Shown: one piece after another, positions 13,267 through 27,164 of the stretch
Numbering within the stretch: the first letter of the stretch is position 1
Layout of the letters: each line of letters starts with the position of its first letter
Assembly: GCA_003344405.1 (NCBI GenBank)
Contig: NOWV01000124.1
Coordinates: 62,001 to 126,000 of the forward strand
Source: Trichoplax sp. H2
Taxonomy: Eukaryota
DNA length: 64,000 bases
Direction of reading: 5' to 3'
Translations under genes and position numbers: made by a program
The notes under the pieces: model-generated
Seen by the model: only the letters and a program-made list of their open reading frames with translations
Database searches by the model: none
What the model was told of the DNA's origin: nothing

Positions 13267-13687
13267 TGTTGTGACTCAGTTTGATCTTTTCGAATTTACG
13301 GAAGCTTGCAAAATTTCTGCTGAGCCAACAACAACAGATAAGTTTCCTTTCTTTTCTATCGGTGGTTGAAATCGACCTTTATTAACTACAACTAACTAAC
13401 TTACTAACTCACACTCTAACCGACTCCTCCAGATAGTAAAAGCGCCTCATTTATATACTCTAACATTAACATGAATATGCATAACTTCTCTAACATTGCG
13501 ATAACATTCTTGAGATACCATTTTTCAATATAATACAATTGACTAATAAACATACTTGTACCGTACAACATTGATTTATCATTTACCGGTACAGTAATAC
13601 AAGATAACGGCAACAACTATGCATAGTTAAGGATATTAATCCTTAAGAACAATATTATCTAGCGATGTTAGTCTAGCAGTCGCGACA
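13267..13687 (-). mobile_element. Solo LTR-like element
   Basis: Ends TGTTGTGACT / AGTCGCGACA (imperfect inverted repeat); flanks CTACA/TTACA; minus-strand TATA and AATAAA. A related terminal fragment lies at 9420. Confidence 0.65.
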
Positions 13688-14170
13688 TTACATGTATTCC
13701 GGAATCTAGCGTACAACAAATTAATTCATTTTGCATAAAATGGATCGTTTACATCGTTTTCTAAAACTATTTAATTCAGTATCTAAATTTTGTTACTTTG
13801 TCTACACCCTAGTGCAATGGCTCTTAATTGTTTCATTGCCAAAATAGACTTGACTTGGACATCGCAGTTCCTATATTATAAACAACATTATGTTGTAGAT
13901 TTAATTCAATCAGACAAACTCATTAATTTAATAGAAGTGCTACTAATTCATTTGAAACATTCTTTGATACCTTATTGCATACCGTATTTAACATTCGTAA
14001 ACATTATTATATCCATTACATATAGCTATGAAATCTATCTTTAATCTCAAAACCACATATCTGTGCATTAAATTCTTTCGCAGCATTTTATGAATAAAAA
14101 TATTTCTATCCCTAATTGTTATCAAATCATATTAGTAATTTAAAGTAGTGAACCGTTTCTGGGTGATTAG

Positions 14171-15151
14171 CTATCCAGTAGTAAATCGAAACTTTGAACG
14201 ACTTACAGAGTAAGTTAGAGATCGAGCCCTTTTAAAGACTCTATGAACACTAGCACGAACATTTTTATCAAATTTCAAGTAAATAAACGGATTTAAAACG
14301 GTCATATTGCTAATGAGTGACAAGGATAAAAGACTTAAGAAAAAGAAAACAGGACTCTCTTTTCGAATTTGATATGTCGATTTTTGTATAATGGCTTGTA
14401 TGAGATAAATAACAGAAAAGGGCCACGTATTCAGAACGTTGAAAGCTGAAATACTAAGTAAAGCTTGTATATGTTTACGCTTCTTGAGCTCTTCGTCTTG
14501 TTGATTGGCAGTAAGTTGTCCAGGTCTAACGTAATGACGTTGATGAACGATAATTCGCCAGTAAAAGAAAATAATGATCATCGATGGAATGATAAAGCGT
14601 ATTACTGTCGATGTCACCATGATTATAGTGTTATAATTGGTAACATTAAGATTATCACACAAACGAGTATCTTCTTGGCGAACACCTATTTGAGAATTTC
14701 CTAGTATCCCTATTACAGCTACAATAAAGAATATTGACAATTCACTAGTAATAAGAATCCGTTTCTTGTAAATGCGATAGAATAGTGCTAATGGTCGGAC
14801 AACAGCAAAATAGCGATCGACAGCAATCAAAGCTAAGTTCATAAATGAAATACCATAGGAAGAGAAGACAATAAATAGCACTAATTTGCAAATCACAGTT
14901 CCTGATTCATAATTCGCTAGTTTTCCTAGCATTACAGTATATCCGAAAAATAAAGCTATATTAGAGATAGAATCGGATAAAACGCAGATTAATATTAAGC
15001 AATAAGTTACTTTGTGAAAGTTTTTATCGGTTATGAATACATAGGAGAGAATTAAATTGGCAGCAAAACCGAATATGGTCAAAACAAAGCCCAAAACCGA
15101 AAATATGGTATAGAATTGAAAATAGGTACTAGTAACGGTATCATTAGACAT
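14171..15151 (-). CDS. Orphan class A (rhodopsin-like) GPCR, 326 aa (paralog 2)
   Basis: Single-exon ORF with 7 hydrophobic segments, AVDRY, TM3 and ECL2 cysteines, NPFIY, N-terminal NDT sequon. Confidence 0.93.
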   Translation of the reverse strand: MSNDTVTSTYFQFYTIFSVLGFVLTIFGFAANLILSYVFITDKNFHKVTYCLILICVLSDSISNIALFFGYTVMLGKLANYESGTVICKLVLFIVFSSYGISFMNLALIAVDRYFAVVRPLALFYRIYKKRILITSELSIFFIVAVIGILGNSQIGVRQEDTRLCDNLNVTNYNTIIMVTSTVIRFIIPSMIIIFFYWRIIVHQRHYVRPGQLTANQQDEELKKRKHIQALLSISAFNVLNTWPFSVIYLIQAIIQKSTYQIRKESPVFFFLSLLSLSLISNMTVLNPFIYLKFDKNVRASVHRVFKRARSLTYSVSRSKFRFTTG

Positions 15152-16075
15152 TTTAAAGGTAGAAAATTGTACAAATCGAACAAGTACAAGGACAATGACG
15201 ATGAATCAGAACCGATGCAGATTTTCTAAAATTATTTTAATAAATTTGAGTCGTTGAATAAAAATAATGATAAATTCAATCGATTGAATCGATGTAAATC
15301 TATTCGAACATGCTTTATATAGAAACATTCTTCTCCATAGAATGATGTAATATGGAAAGGTCCAGTAAACTATAGAGCATTAGAAATCAAAGAATGCTTA
15401 CTTCCTATAATTAATTAATTAATTAATTAGCTCTCCGTCACAACAGCGAAAGTATGCAATGTCGATGCTATGACAAGAAGAATCAAACGAGTTATTAAAC
15501 AATACGTCTTTGTTTAAATATCCCGTATAGTACATACTCATTCTGTTTAGCAGACATGTGATAATTAAAAGCGATTAGTACCTGCATAAATAATACATTC
15601 ATCACAAAACGATTATAAATTATCGTTATCATTGATACTATCTTTAACTGGAAGGCATTGTTACAATTAATTACTCCTAGCACATGGTATGCCAGTTATT
15701 TCAAATTCATAGAATTTAAGAACAAATCAATTTACAAGACCAAGCTCATGTAGTGGTTAATATGAGAAATAATTCTGTAGCAGACGATGTTTTGAAGCTT
15801 TATCGTTGATTGAGTGTCACCAAATCAAAAGTATATCTTCTTGTTTTATAGTTGTACCCATATCTAGAAATACTAGAATATCAGGAAAATTGATCATTTA
15901 AATACGAATAAGTATTCTGTGCGTAATATAACTTAGATTAGCAATACAATCGTGAAAGAATTGCAAATTTTTTGGTCTTAATCGAATATAGGTTACTGTA
16001 AGGTGCAAACCAGAGCGAATTGATCTCAAATCTGTATAAACTATTTTTAACATCAATTTACAGTGTATATCCATT

Positions 16076-17097
16076 TAAGATAAAATCCGATCACAGGAAT
16101 TCCAAAATTGTAGAAAATTAAAAACTTTATTAGTTTTAACACGAAGACTAGCTGCATATAGCTCTATTCTAGCCAAATACAACTATTGAAAGACTTCTAG
16201 AAAGAACAATCGGATAATCTAATGTCCCCTGCTATTATACTCTCCGTAGCCTTCACAGCTACAATCAGTATAGCAGCATTCTAACATATTTTACATATAT
16301 TCAGCTTATTATTAGTCGCAATATTTTACGGCGAACCATCATTAATCCAACATAGAAATAATTACAGTATCTTAATAGACATAATTCCTACCACTGAAAG
16401 TAAAATGAACTAAGCATACCCTAATATATGATTTATAAATCTATTTCTACTTCTAACCTTATTAGTAGCATAACACCTTACTATATATAGTCATTGGTAC
16501 TCTGGCATAGAGTCTACCCTTACAGTTTATAATTATGGGCTACTAAACATATCATAAGATAAATATGGAAAAGACACTACCGCACATCATACTAAAAATA
16601 GTGTGACGGTGTTATATACTGTATTAGAGTAGAAATATCTATGTTAGGATAATTTTGTTAGCCTATCCTTATTTAGTTAACTTCTAGTTCGAATCATTGT
16701 GATTGTAACTTAGTTATTAGTCATCAGATGTCTATGTTCGTAAATACTGTTGTCTGCATTAGGGAGCTGTAGCTGAAATTGATGTCTAATTCAGTGAATG
16801 GTTCTAAAGTTAATCGTACTATCTTTGATTCATGAACTATTGAGGAAGAGTATATAAATGCAGTATATCGTGTAATCAAGTGGATTCTTAAACTTAGCGT
16901 TTAACGCAAAATACGAGGCGTCTAAGTCTTTGTGTAGTCTGCTTGTAGAGCAAAAGTATTCCTGATGGTACAGATATCATTCCTTGATACTAGGTTCAAG
17001 GAGGTGACGTATTGATCGTACATTACGTTATCTTGTTGCAAAGCTGTTTTGTGACTCATGGCTAATAATCTACAATGACAATACTAAGTTTTTTACA
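16076..17097 (-). mobile_element. Family B copy 2 with a nested family A element
   Basis: Similar to 6239-6665; split at the CATGG site by 16602-17056. Left boundary is approximate. Confidence 0.7.
16602..17056 (+). mobile_element. Solo LTR-like repeat, family A copy 2 (internally deleted)
   Basis: Clear similarity to 12493-13122; flanks AATAG/CATGG. Confidence 0.8.
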
Positions 17098-17717
17098 TTA
17101 TTTTGTCCAGACGTAATGAAAGGTAAGGTGTAGAAATCAAGTTATGAAACTTTAGCTAACTTTGATTCTACGTTCGTGGCACTCTAGTCGACTTTACGAA
17201 ATTTTGAAAGGAAAAAAAATATGGGAAACAAACGATCAACAATTTATTAAGAAAAATACGAGTTAGTAATTCTGGCGTAAGTCAAGTAATTAATCACGTA
17301 CAGTCGTAAGCAATAAACTCATTTATTCTGAAGTTTTCGTCTTACTGAACCGTAATAATTATATTAAATATTGCACAGTGCTTATACCTACAGTTTAAGA
17401 TATCAGGCGATTTATGCGGGCGCCTTCAAATATGCCAGGGCGTATAACTGTTCTTTTTTACGGTATTAAATTAAAACAACTATAAACCAGACAATCGCTA
17501 AGATATACAGCTTGATTTCTACAAATAATGCAGGTAAGATAACAATATTCAAGAAGCGGTAAAGAAAATTTTTAGTTAAATTGAATTATCTGAGTAGTGT
17601 CACATTTCAGATTTATTCTCCACGTTATGAAATATTACCATGACAATAGTCATGTACATTTTTATTCTAGCAAAATTACTATGCTAGACAGTTGAATAAC
17701 TCACAATACTATAGTAC

Positions 17718-18641
17718 TGTAGGAAACTAGATTGCAGTGATACCACAGTAAATAAGGTGGTAGACTAGCGGTCTTAGATTCAACTTATCAAGTGTAATGG
17801 GCATCGTAGATGATTAGTGGATAATGTTATAGATGTTAATGGAAAGGCTAAGTGAGGCTGCTAGGCGCCTCAGTTAGTGGCACCAGCACATCTCAGTGAA
17901 TTACACATGATTGGCCCAGAATGAGGGATGACAATCGAATCTAGCTATGTAATAATATCTTCTTTAAAGCGTAAAGTATTTTAAGGTAGACGATGATGGA
18001 AGGTATAAAGGATTTTATTGAGATACAAGTTATAGGCTAACAATGATATGGTTGTTATAGATAAGGTATTTGAGATAGCAGGAACGTAGGAACTGACTAA
18101 CGAGTTAGCGTACGAGGGTATTTATAGGTTTTAGATGAGATTGAGATAATGTCTTTATATGTATAGCATGTCGTCTATATGTGGTCATGATGTCGTACAT
18201 TATGAACGTAATGCAATACAGTACTTAAACGGTATGTGATAAGTATTCGTATATTAGGATATTGCTATACTAGGCATCTTCTATATAAGATCATTATGTT
18301 ACAGCTAAGGGTCCTGCTCTTGCAGGGGCAATATCGAATGTCAAGTAGCATAAGGAATAGTATAGGAAATGTTAAGTAGAATTTTACTTGAATTGATCGG
18401 AAACGGATTCGATAAACATGTTTGTCAATAAGCTTTCTAGGTATGTACAAAAGGCTCTCTCCTTTAGGGAAGAGACGGGTCTATAGCCTTTGAGCTAGCT
18501 GTGTGTAGTTGCGTGGTCTTAAGTTCTACGATTGTAATATTCAACAGTAAATTTTAAGTAATAAACTATTTTTAACCGTTACATTGAGGAGTTACTTCAT
18601 TGCGTAAAGATATCGCAGGGCTAAAGGTAGTACTTATTATA
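17718..18641. mobile_element. Composite LTR-like insertion
   Basis: Absent from the paralogous segment (~22260-22290); begins TGTAGG; flanks AGTAC/AGTGC; TATA/AATAAA pairs on both strands suggest nesting. Confidence 0.55.
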
Positions 18642-19718
18642 AGTGCGATATCCGATACGATATGCACTTATCGTAGTAGACTTTACAGATAATAACCACA
18701 TGAAAGATTAACGTGAGAGGAATTTTATTTTTGATTCTGATGATTTCTGGAAGCGTTCATGTAATCCTTATATCTATTCGATAGCTAAACTATAATATTT
18801 AGTGTGCTATTAAAATACTAAATCTTTGCTATAAAATTTTAAACACCATCCTTAAAGACTCTATGATTTAAATATTAGAGCAAAACTAAGGAGTTAGATA
18901 CGGAACCGAGTAAATACAATATGTTATTTCAATATTAATTTTTTGGTATCTTAATCTTAAAATGAAATATGACAGATAACTGTAGCAGCTAGAAATTAAG
19001 TAGTATTTTTAAATCTCTGAATATCACTAGACAACATCAAAATTTGCCTATTTAATTGTACGAATACAATTCTATATTGATAGCATTATAGCTTCTTTGA
19101 TATCCAAGCCAAATACTGTGAATCCTTGTTAGAAATGCCAAAATATTTTTTAGGAAGAATTAATAATTATGCATAGAATTGCCATTTACATCTTCAAAAT
19201 GGCTACAATAGAAGAAATGTGAAGTTTTCTTATAAGAACTGATAACTTTCGGGAATGAAAGCTTATATTTATTTAATAATCTATAAATTTGAATAACCGA
19301 TTTTTTCGATGTATCACCAACAAAGGAGTTGCAATTTACACTTTTCATCATAGTATCTACGTATTTGAATAGTTAAAATTATAAATCATTAAAATTTATT
19401 TTAAAATCACATTTCCTATTTCTGGTAACAAAAAGAGTATTCTCGCTACAACTATAATCGATACAATAATATTGAGTTAAATGCATCCTATAATAATAAC
19501 AAATTATTTAATAGAGTAAAAATCTGGTGTGCAATGCATTCTATGATAAATGACTTTAGCTTCTAAGTCTAATTTAATAAAGTGAGTAACCAGCTCCAAC
19601 GACATTAGAATTTCTAAAACAAAGCGAAACTCTAACAACTGCTCATACATGTTAGGAGTATTTTGCTTAACAATTTCGAAAAAGCAATAAAAGACTTCTT
19701 AATAGAATTCATATTCTT

Positions 19719-20681
19719 TCAGCTTCCTCTTTTGTTAGTGCCATGTAGATTTTTCAATATCTCATGAAATCTTTTGCGAATATTTCCATCAAATTTTAGA
19801 TATAGAAACGGACTTAGGACTGTGATGTTATTGGCGGTAGTCAGAGACAACATGCATACCGTAAAAAGCCCTGGATTACTTCTTTGTATCTGTAACATAG
19901 GTGTCCTGGTTACACCACATACGAATAAGACTAGGAAGAAGGGGAATGTGGCCGATACGTAAAAAGACGAGATACTAATTAACGATTTAACTAGCTTGTA
20001 TTTATTAGATGTTGTATGTTGCATCTGCTGTAGTTGTTGCCCGGGTCTAATATAATTCCGCTGAAACAGTATGATTCGCCAGTAAATAATGATAATAGCC
20101 ATCGAAGGCAATATGTAATAGAAGACGGAGAATGAAACCAAATATACTCCAACCGATACTGTCATATTGGGATAATCACACATACTCGTATATTCATTCT
20201 CATCCTGAGATTGAAGGTAAACCGTATCAGGTATGGCTATTGATCCTGATAATAACCAAATAAATATTTCGCTAATAATAACAATCTTCTTTTTATTAGT
20301 TCTATAAAAGTTATTTAACGGTCTAACGATGACAAAATATCGATCTATGCTAATTAAGCATAAATTAAAAATGGAAACACCATATGAAATGTTAATAATT
20401 ATTCCAGATATCTTACATACTGTGCCCATGGTATAAGATTGATTCATGCTTATTCCCAGTAGCATTCCATTAGAAATGAGTCCCGATATATTCGATACTG
20501 CATCGGAAATTGCGCAAATCAGCATCAAATTGTAAGTTATCTTACGAAAGTATTTGTCGCTTATAAAGATGTATATAATCAAAGTATTGGCGATTAAGCC
20601 AACTGCAGCTATAGTTATTATAACTGAAGCATAAATATTAGCAATTTGAAAGCTATATGTTGTAGTATTAGATATTGTCAT
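19719..20681 (-). CDS. Orphan class A GPCR, 320 aa (paralog 3)
   Basis: Intact ORF; SIDRY, CDYPN, YWRIILFQRNYIRPGQ, SPFLYLKFDGNIR. Confidence 0.93.
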   Translation of the reverse strand: MTISNTTTYSFQIANIYASVIITIAAVGLIANTLIIYIFISDKYFRKITYNLMLICAISDAVSNISGLISNGMLLGISMNQSYTMGTVCKISGIIINISYGVSIFNLCLISIDRYFVIVRPLNNFYRTNKKKIVIISEIFIWLLSGSIAIPDTVYLQSQDENEYTSMCDYPNMTVSVGVYLVSFSVFYYILPSMAIIIIYWRIILFQRNYIRPGQQLQQMQHTTSNKYKLVKSLISISSFYVSATFPFFLVLFVCGVTRTPMLQIQRSNPGLFTVCMLSLTTANNITVLSPFLYLKFDGNIRKRFHEILKNLHGTNKRGS

Positions 20682-21752
20682 ACTGAAATGATCGGATGAT
20701 CGTTAAGTCTAACGTAGACGTAAATGAAATATATTCGAGGTCTTGAGTGAATGAAGCTTTGTAACTTAAGTTAGTAGATAGGTTTTACTATTTTCTCTTA
20801 CTGAAGCAATCTAACTGACTTTACCGGAACCAATACCACTTAAATATCAATTGATTAGTATTGTTCTTAAAAGATCGATATTATGGTCCATTATTAGCTA
20901 AATTATTGTTAAGTTTCACCGATACCTGCAGCTGTCGAAATTATTATTCGGAATAACTATATAGTGTGGACTTGAAATAACTTAAAAATAGAAATTAAAA
21001 GCAGAAAACAATCTGGTATTGAGCGAGACTTTTAGATCTTCTTTAGCTTGTTTATTGAATTTTTGTTTTAAACACTGTATCATATTGTAATAGAAATCGA
21101 TATAATACAGCCCTGAAAAGATTATCGTTCTGTAACCAGTGCTAGTATATTAACGATTGAAAGATACTGCTTCAGCATATTTAGGTAATTAAAGCCTGCA
21201 ATCTATTTAGCATTCTCAAGCTGTAAGTAGTGTTATGTAGTGTTATACGGTCTATTAGTTCACAATAACAAGTTACAGTATCAAATAACAAGAATCGAAT
21301 CGGGTTATATCTTATCACTGGCCTTTATATTGATAGTCAGTTGTATGTTGCACTATATCACGAGTTAGTACTGGCGAGATTCAAGTGATTACATACTCTC
21401 GAAAGCGACAAAACATTATTTATCTTGAAGTTTTTGTCTAACTGAACCGTAATAATTAGAGTAAATAGTACACAACACTTATACTTACGCCATAAGATAG
21501 CAGAAGATATAAGTGAACGCCTGTAAAAACGCCCGAGTACACTAGCTTATCATCAAATTGAAACAACTATAGACCTGATAATCGTTAAGACAAACGGCCT
21601 GATTTTTTTAAGTAATTTAGGTAGGTAGGATAGCAATGTCCAAAAAGCGATAGAGAGAATTTTTTAATTAAATTTAATTATCTGAGTAGTGTCCTATTTT
21701 AGATTTATTCTTCACGTGATGTAATACTGCTATAAGAATAGCAATGTACCAT

Positions 21753-22202
21753 TGTTACAGTGCTTAGCTCTGTAATACTATCGTGTTGAGTCTCGATGCT
21801 TTAATTTGCTTTCACCAATTTATTTTTAGTTAATCTTGTTTACGAGTTGTAGCTATAATAACTCGTTATAATTGTTGGCGTCTCATCCCTATACTGAGAT
21901 CTATAAGTTACGGTAGCTAAAATGTTGACTATTGTCACCACTCCGTAGTGACAATCCTAAATAGGATTGAATTAGGTAATTAATCAATCAGTTCGGAGCT
22001 AGTGTTGTAGAGTGAGGGTTCTGTGTGATTAGTAGTAAAGCACAATAAGTTTGTTTCTACAAAACGTATCGTAGAGTCTCTTTTTGCGAATAGAAGCAAG
22101 TCAGTGTTCATCCACAATGATCCTCAAGAGTTAGTTGGAGATCTATCGGAACTAACAATTGAGTCTAGTGTTCCGATCGCGTTTAAAAACTGCTTTATAA
22201 CA
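21753..22202. mobile_element. Solo LTR-like element
   Basis: TGTTAC...ATAACA ends; TSD ACCAT/ACCGT; absent at the paralogous site ~17655. Confidence 0.7.
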
Positions 22203-23111
22203 ACCGTACGTTCTTATTACAGTAAAATTACTACGCCGAACAGTCACATAACGGATAACACTATCGTATAAACGACATACACTCATTGCTGTAGACCTTA
22301 CAAGTAGTCAACATATCAAAGATTATCGTCGGAGGAATTTTTATTTTTGATTCTGATGATTTATGCAAGCGTTTAAGTAACCGTTAGATCTATTAGTTAG
22401 CTAAACGATAACATTTTATGTTCTATTCAAATGCTAAATCTTTGCTATGAGATTTTAAATTCCATGCTTAAAAGAGTCTATGATTTAAATATTAAAACAA
22501 AACTAAAGACATAGATACGGAATTGAACAAACAGAATAATTAACTTCAATGTGGCTTCTTCGGCATTTTAAGACGATATAAGATCGTCAACTGTAGTGGC
22601 CAGTTATCAAGTAGCATTTTTAAATCTCTAAATATACTAGACAACATCAAAATTTACCTATTTTGCTGCACGAATATAATGCTGTCTTAATAGCCTTATA
22701 ACATCTATTCGCAGCCCAAGCCAAATACTGTGAATTCTCATTAGAAATGACAAATTCTACTGTAACATTGAATAATAATTATGTGTAGATATCACGATTT
22801 ACATCTTTGAAATGGCTACAACAGTAGCAATTTGTAGTTCTTTTATAAAAACTGATAACTGTAACAAATGAATTTCAGTTTACACTTTTCATCTTAACAA
22901 TATTTAGTTAAATACTTGAACCTCTAAATCATTAAAATTTGCTCTAAAATCACACTTTGTATTTCTGGTAGCAGAAAGAATGATTTCGCTTTAACTGTAA
23001 TTGATACTATAATAATGGGACAAATACATCCTATAATAATAGCAAAGTGTGTTACAGAGCAATAATCTAGTATGAAATGTATGACGTGATTATTACTTGC
23101 AGTTTTTTTGG

Positions 23112-24055
23112 CTAATTTATGTTAGTACGACGTAGATTTTTCAATATCTCATGAAATCTTTTGCGAATATTTCCATCAAATTTTAGATATTGAAGTGGAC
23201 TTATGACTGTAATGTTGCCAGCGACAGTCATAGATAAAAAGCATAGGGCAAATAGCCCTGGACTACTTCTTTGTATTTGTAACAGAGAGGTCCTAGCTGC
23301 ACCAATTGCGAGTAAGACTACGAAGAAAGGTAATGTGGCTAATACGTAAAAAGATGCGATACTAATTAACGATTTAACTAGCTTGATTTTATTAGATGCT
23401 TCATGATATATCTGCTTCAGCTGTTTGCCCGGGTCTAATATAATTTTTCTGAAACAGTATGATTCACCAAAATATAATGATAATAGCCATCGAAGGCAAT
23501 ATGTAATAAGAGACGGATATTGAAACCAGATACATTCCAACCGATACTGTCATGTTAGAATATTTGCATAAATATTCATTCTCATCCTGAGACTCAATGT
23601 AATGCGTATCAGGTATGGCTATTGATCCTAATAATAACCAAATAAATATTTCGCTAATAATAACAATCTGCTTTTTATTAGTTCTATAAAAGTTATTTAA
23701 CGGTCTAACGATGACAAAATATCGATGTATGCTAATTAAGCATAAATTAAAAACGAAACACCATATGAAATGTCGATGAATATTCCAGATATTTTGCATA
23801 CTGAGGCCATACTATAAGATTGATTCGCGCTTATTCCTAGTAGCGTTCCATTAGAAATGAGTCCCGATATATTCGATACTGCATCGGAAATAGCACAAAT
23901 TAGTATTAAATTATAAGTTATCTACGAAAGTATTTGTCGCTTGTAAAGATGTATATTATCAAAGTGTTGACAATTAATCCTACAATGGAGATAACCATCA
24001 TAATTGACGAAAAAATATTAAAAAGCTGAAAGCTAGATGTCGTAGTATTAGACAT
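23112..24055 (-). pseudogene. GPCR pseudogene (paralog 4), duplicate of paralog 3
   Basis: Frameshifts near 23922, 23755 and 23427; CGA>TGA stop at 23464; DRY>HRY. Confidence 0.9.
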
Positions 24056-27000
24056 TGCCACACTAGAATGATCAGATAATCTGGCTAAGCTTATTTGACA
24101 GATTATCACTAAGAAATGTATATATATATATAAATAAGATCTTGCTTGAATGAAGTCTCGTAACATAAGTTAGCAGCAAAACTTTGTGTTCCTCTTATTT
24201 AAGCGATGCCGATGAATCTGTTACCTGTTTGAATTATTAAACGGTCAGCATAAGGAATTTTAATTATAGTACATTCCAAAACTCATTGATGCTAAATTTT
24301 TTAAAGACTGGAATAAATCAATTTAGACTGGTAGATGGTCGATTTCTCTTCCGAAATAACCCTAAAATAACTTCAAACTTTATAGCGTACGCATAAAAGT
24401 TAAATTATTTTTTAGATTCATTTCTCTTTCTAGACTTACCGTCCTGTACGAAGTAAATCTTTCTAAATCGCCCCTAAGATCATCGCGACTGCCTTAACAT
24501 AACTGTTAAAGTTGCTACTTGATCAGGCTATTAAAGTAATTGAATCTGAATTATAAATTTAAATACGAAATTCTTTACGGAGGTATGATTTTGCTGTTAA
24601 ATTTTTTCTGAGGAGATGTCATCATCATTATTGATAAAGACATTAGCTAATGATTAAAGCAAAACTAATTTTCTGAAATTGCCGATACCTTAAAATTGAG
24701 ACTAGACTGCGTTTTTTAATGCGGCCAACGATAATTAGAAATTTTTGTCATAAAACTAACATGCAAAATTATACAGAAAGCTTGATTATTGTTTTTACTA
24801 TTCTTCTCTGGTACAAATATATCAGAACCAAGATAGTTGTAACTAGCAAAAAATAAAAAGAATGAAAATCTCTTACCGCTACTATCTCTATAAAATATGG
24901 GGATTGACAGTTTCAATGTAATCTTACTAACGATACGGGAACCAATACCCCTTGAGCACCGATTGATTAACATTGTTATTTAGAGATAGATATTAAGGCT
25001 CATTAAAAGCTACATTATTGTTTACATTTCATTAATATTTACAGCTGTCGAAATTATTATTTGAAATAATTAAATAGTAAATACGCAGAAAAATAGAAAT
25101 AGAAATAGAAATAGAGAATAAGTCTAGTTTGAAGCTTAGATGAAAGTGTATATATATATATACTATAGTGTGTATGTAGTGCATGTATGTGTCATGTCAT
25201 GTTAAATAGAAATTAAAAGTAAAAAAAATTGGTATTGACCAAGGCTTTTAGATCTTCTTTAGCTTACTTATTGAATCATTCGGTATTAAACTGTATCATA
25301 TTGTAATTGAAATCGATACAATACGTGTCGAAATATGATGGTTTGATTTCAGTCACTTCACATTTTTCTCAAGCATGCCTTATATTATTAGAAGATACGA
25401 ATCACATTTATCTATTCACATTTGCGTATGTGCAATATTTATTGGTCGGTACCCGGTTAAACCAAACACTTAAATTTTTTATTAATATTTCATATGAATG
25501 TAATGTCATATATTGGAGATTTTAAATTTGTTAAAAGGATTTTTCATCAATCATAATTATGTATCATTTGTATACTTTTATACTATCACTTAATCATCTC
25601 GACTATTTATAATCGTATTATAATTCAAGTTTCTCATACTGTAACTGATAATGATCACCTAATAGGGTGCTTATTAACTTTGTGTTAAGAAGAGGATATT
25701 GAATATAAAATCATAGAACGTTTTAGATAATTACTATCGTATAATTATTTGATTTAAAACTACAATAAACACCCAATCCTAGTTTATTCGGCTTATCGAA
25801 TCTACTTAGCAAGACTTTGGATATTATAAACAGTAACCATTCAATTTTACGTATGGTTAATCACTGCAATATTATTTTATACAAAAAGAGCATTTACAAT
25901 AAATCTTAAATCTTAACACACTATCAATATACCTACAGCAGCACAAACACTGTCCGGAAAACTGCTTGTAGGTCTGTAACTTAAAATCGACATGGCCACA
26001 GCCGGCCTATTCGATTTTGTTTCTAGGCAAGCGAATACTATTGGCCGAGCATAGGTTTCTACGAGATAAGTTGTCAAATTCATCTATTTGGAATCCGAAG
26101 ACAGATTCTTTCTAAAGTAATTTAGGGTTGCCATAATGAATGATACACCCGCAATTTTAGCCTCTGAAGGATATATTAATTATGATTAAACTGTAGTAAA
26201 GGCCAATAGAGTTGTTACTGTTGTTAGCTATTCAAGTCTATTTTGTTATATTTATTTCTATCGGTAACATCATTCAATCTTTCTTTTTCAATCTCCTTCA
26301 CCTATTAAACTCTTTTGTAATCATGCTCACTGCTACAAGCTGCAATTGATCTTTTCTTTTTGTATCATATTAATGTTATTTTGACTCATTACATACCCGT
26401 ATACTAACAGAACTTGCTGAATAATCTATTCGTAATACTTCCCGTAAATATGAGGCTATTATAGAGAATAAAAGAATTATCTTTGAGCTACAGTCCGTAA
26501 GTAGGAAGAAAGTATAAGCTTAATTTGCCTATCAAGGCCTTATTTGCGTGCATCTCTCTATTCTGATGAATTTTCCATCGTTGGAAGACTATACAACACA
26601 GCAGTTGCTTACTAAAGCAAGCTTTACACATACTTTAATCTTAAAGATATAGAAGTTATTAATATTCCGATAGTATTACCAGAGTATTTTTGTTTAAGCA
26701 TACTTAATCAAGAGAAAGTAAGCCCATGTAAAATCTTGCTTATTTCAATTCAGTTAAATAACAGCACCATGCTAAATATTCAGGTTAGAATTAGATGCAT
26801 GTAATAGTTTCGAAAAAGTGAAGTCACGTTATCCTACAATACTTACATTATAATAGATAATAAATTTTATTCAGCCGATTTTAGAATTTCTACCAAAATC
26901 ACATTACGCCTTCATATAATTTACAAGTATACATTCAATTACGAACTGTTAAGAAATTCTGATAAATCTACCAATAAAAACTCAAATTTAAATTCAAAAC

Positions 27001-27164
27001 TTATTTTTCAGGGTGATAATCTATTGCTACTCACGGACAAAGAACACAATTACGACAAAACAATAAAATTTTCAATGTATAAAAAAATTGGAAGGAATTA
27101 AGTCTCATAATTAAATTTTGTACGTCTAAATATAAATTTATGACGTATGATCTTTAAGATTTAA

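Noticed and set aside
14465-14704. Plus-strand ORFs overlapping GPCRs (also 11139, 19774, 40826, 53364, 54057)
   Set aside because: Antisense shadows of GPCR coding sequence.
25940-26200. GC-richer patch as a possible exon
   Set aside because: The minus-strand frames examined contain stops and no recognisable motif.
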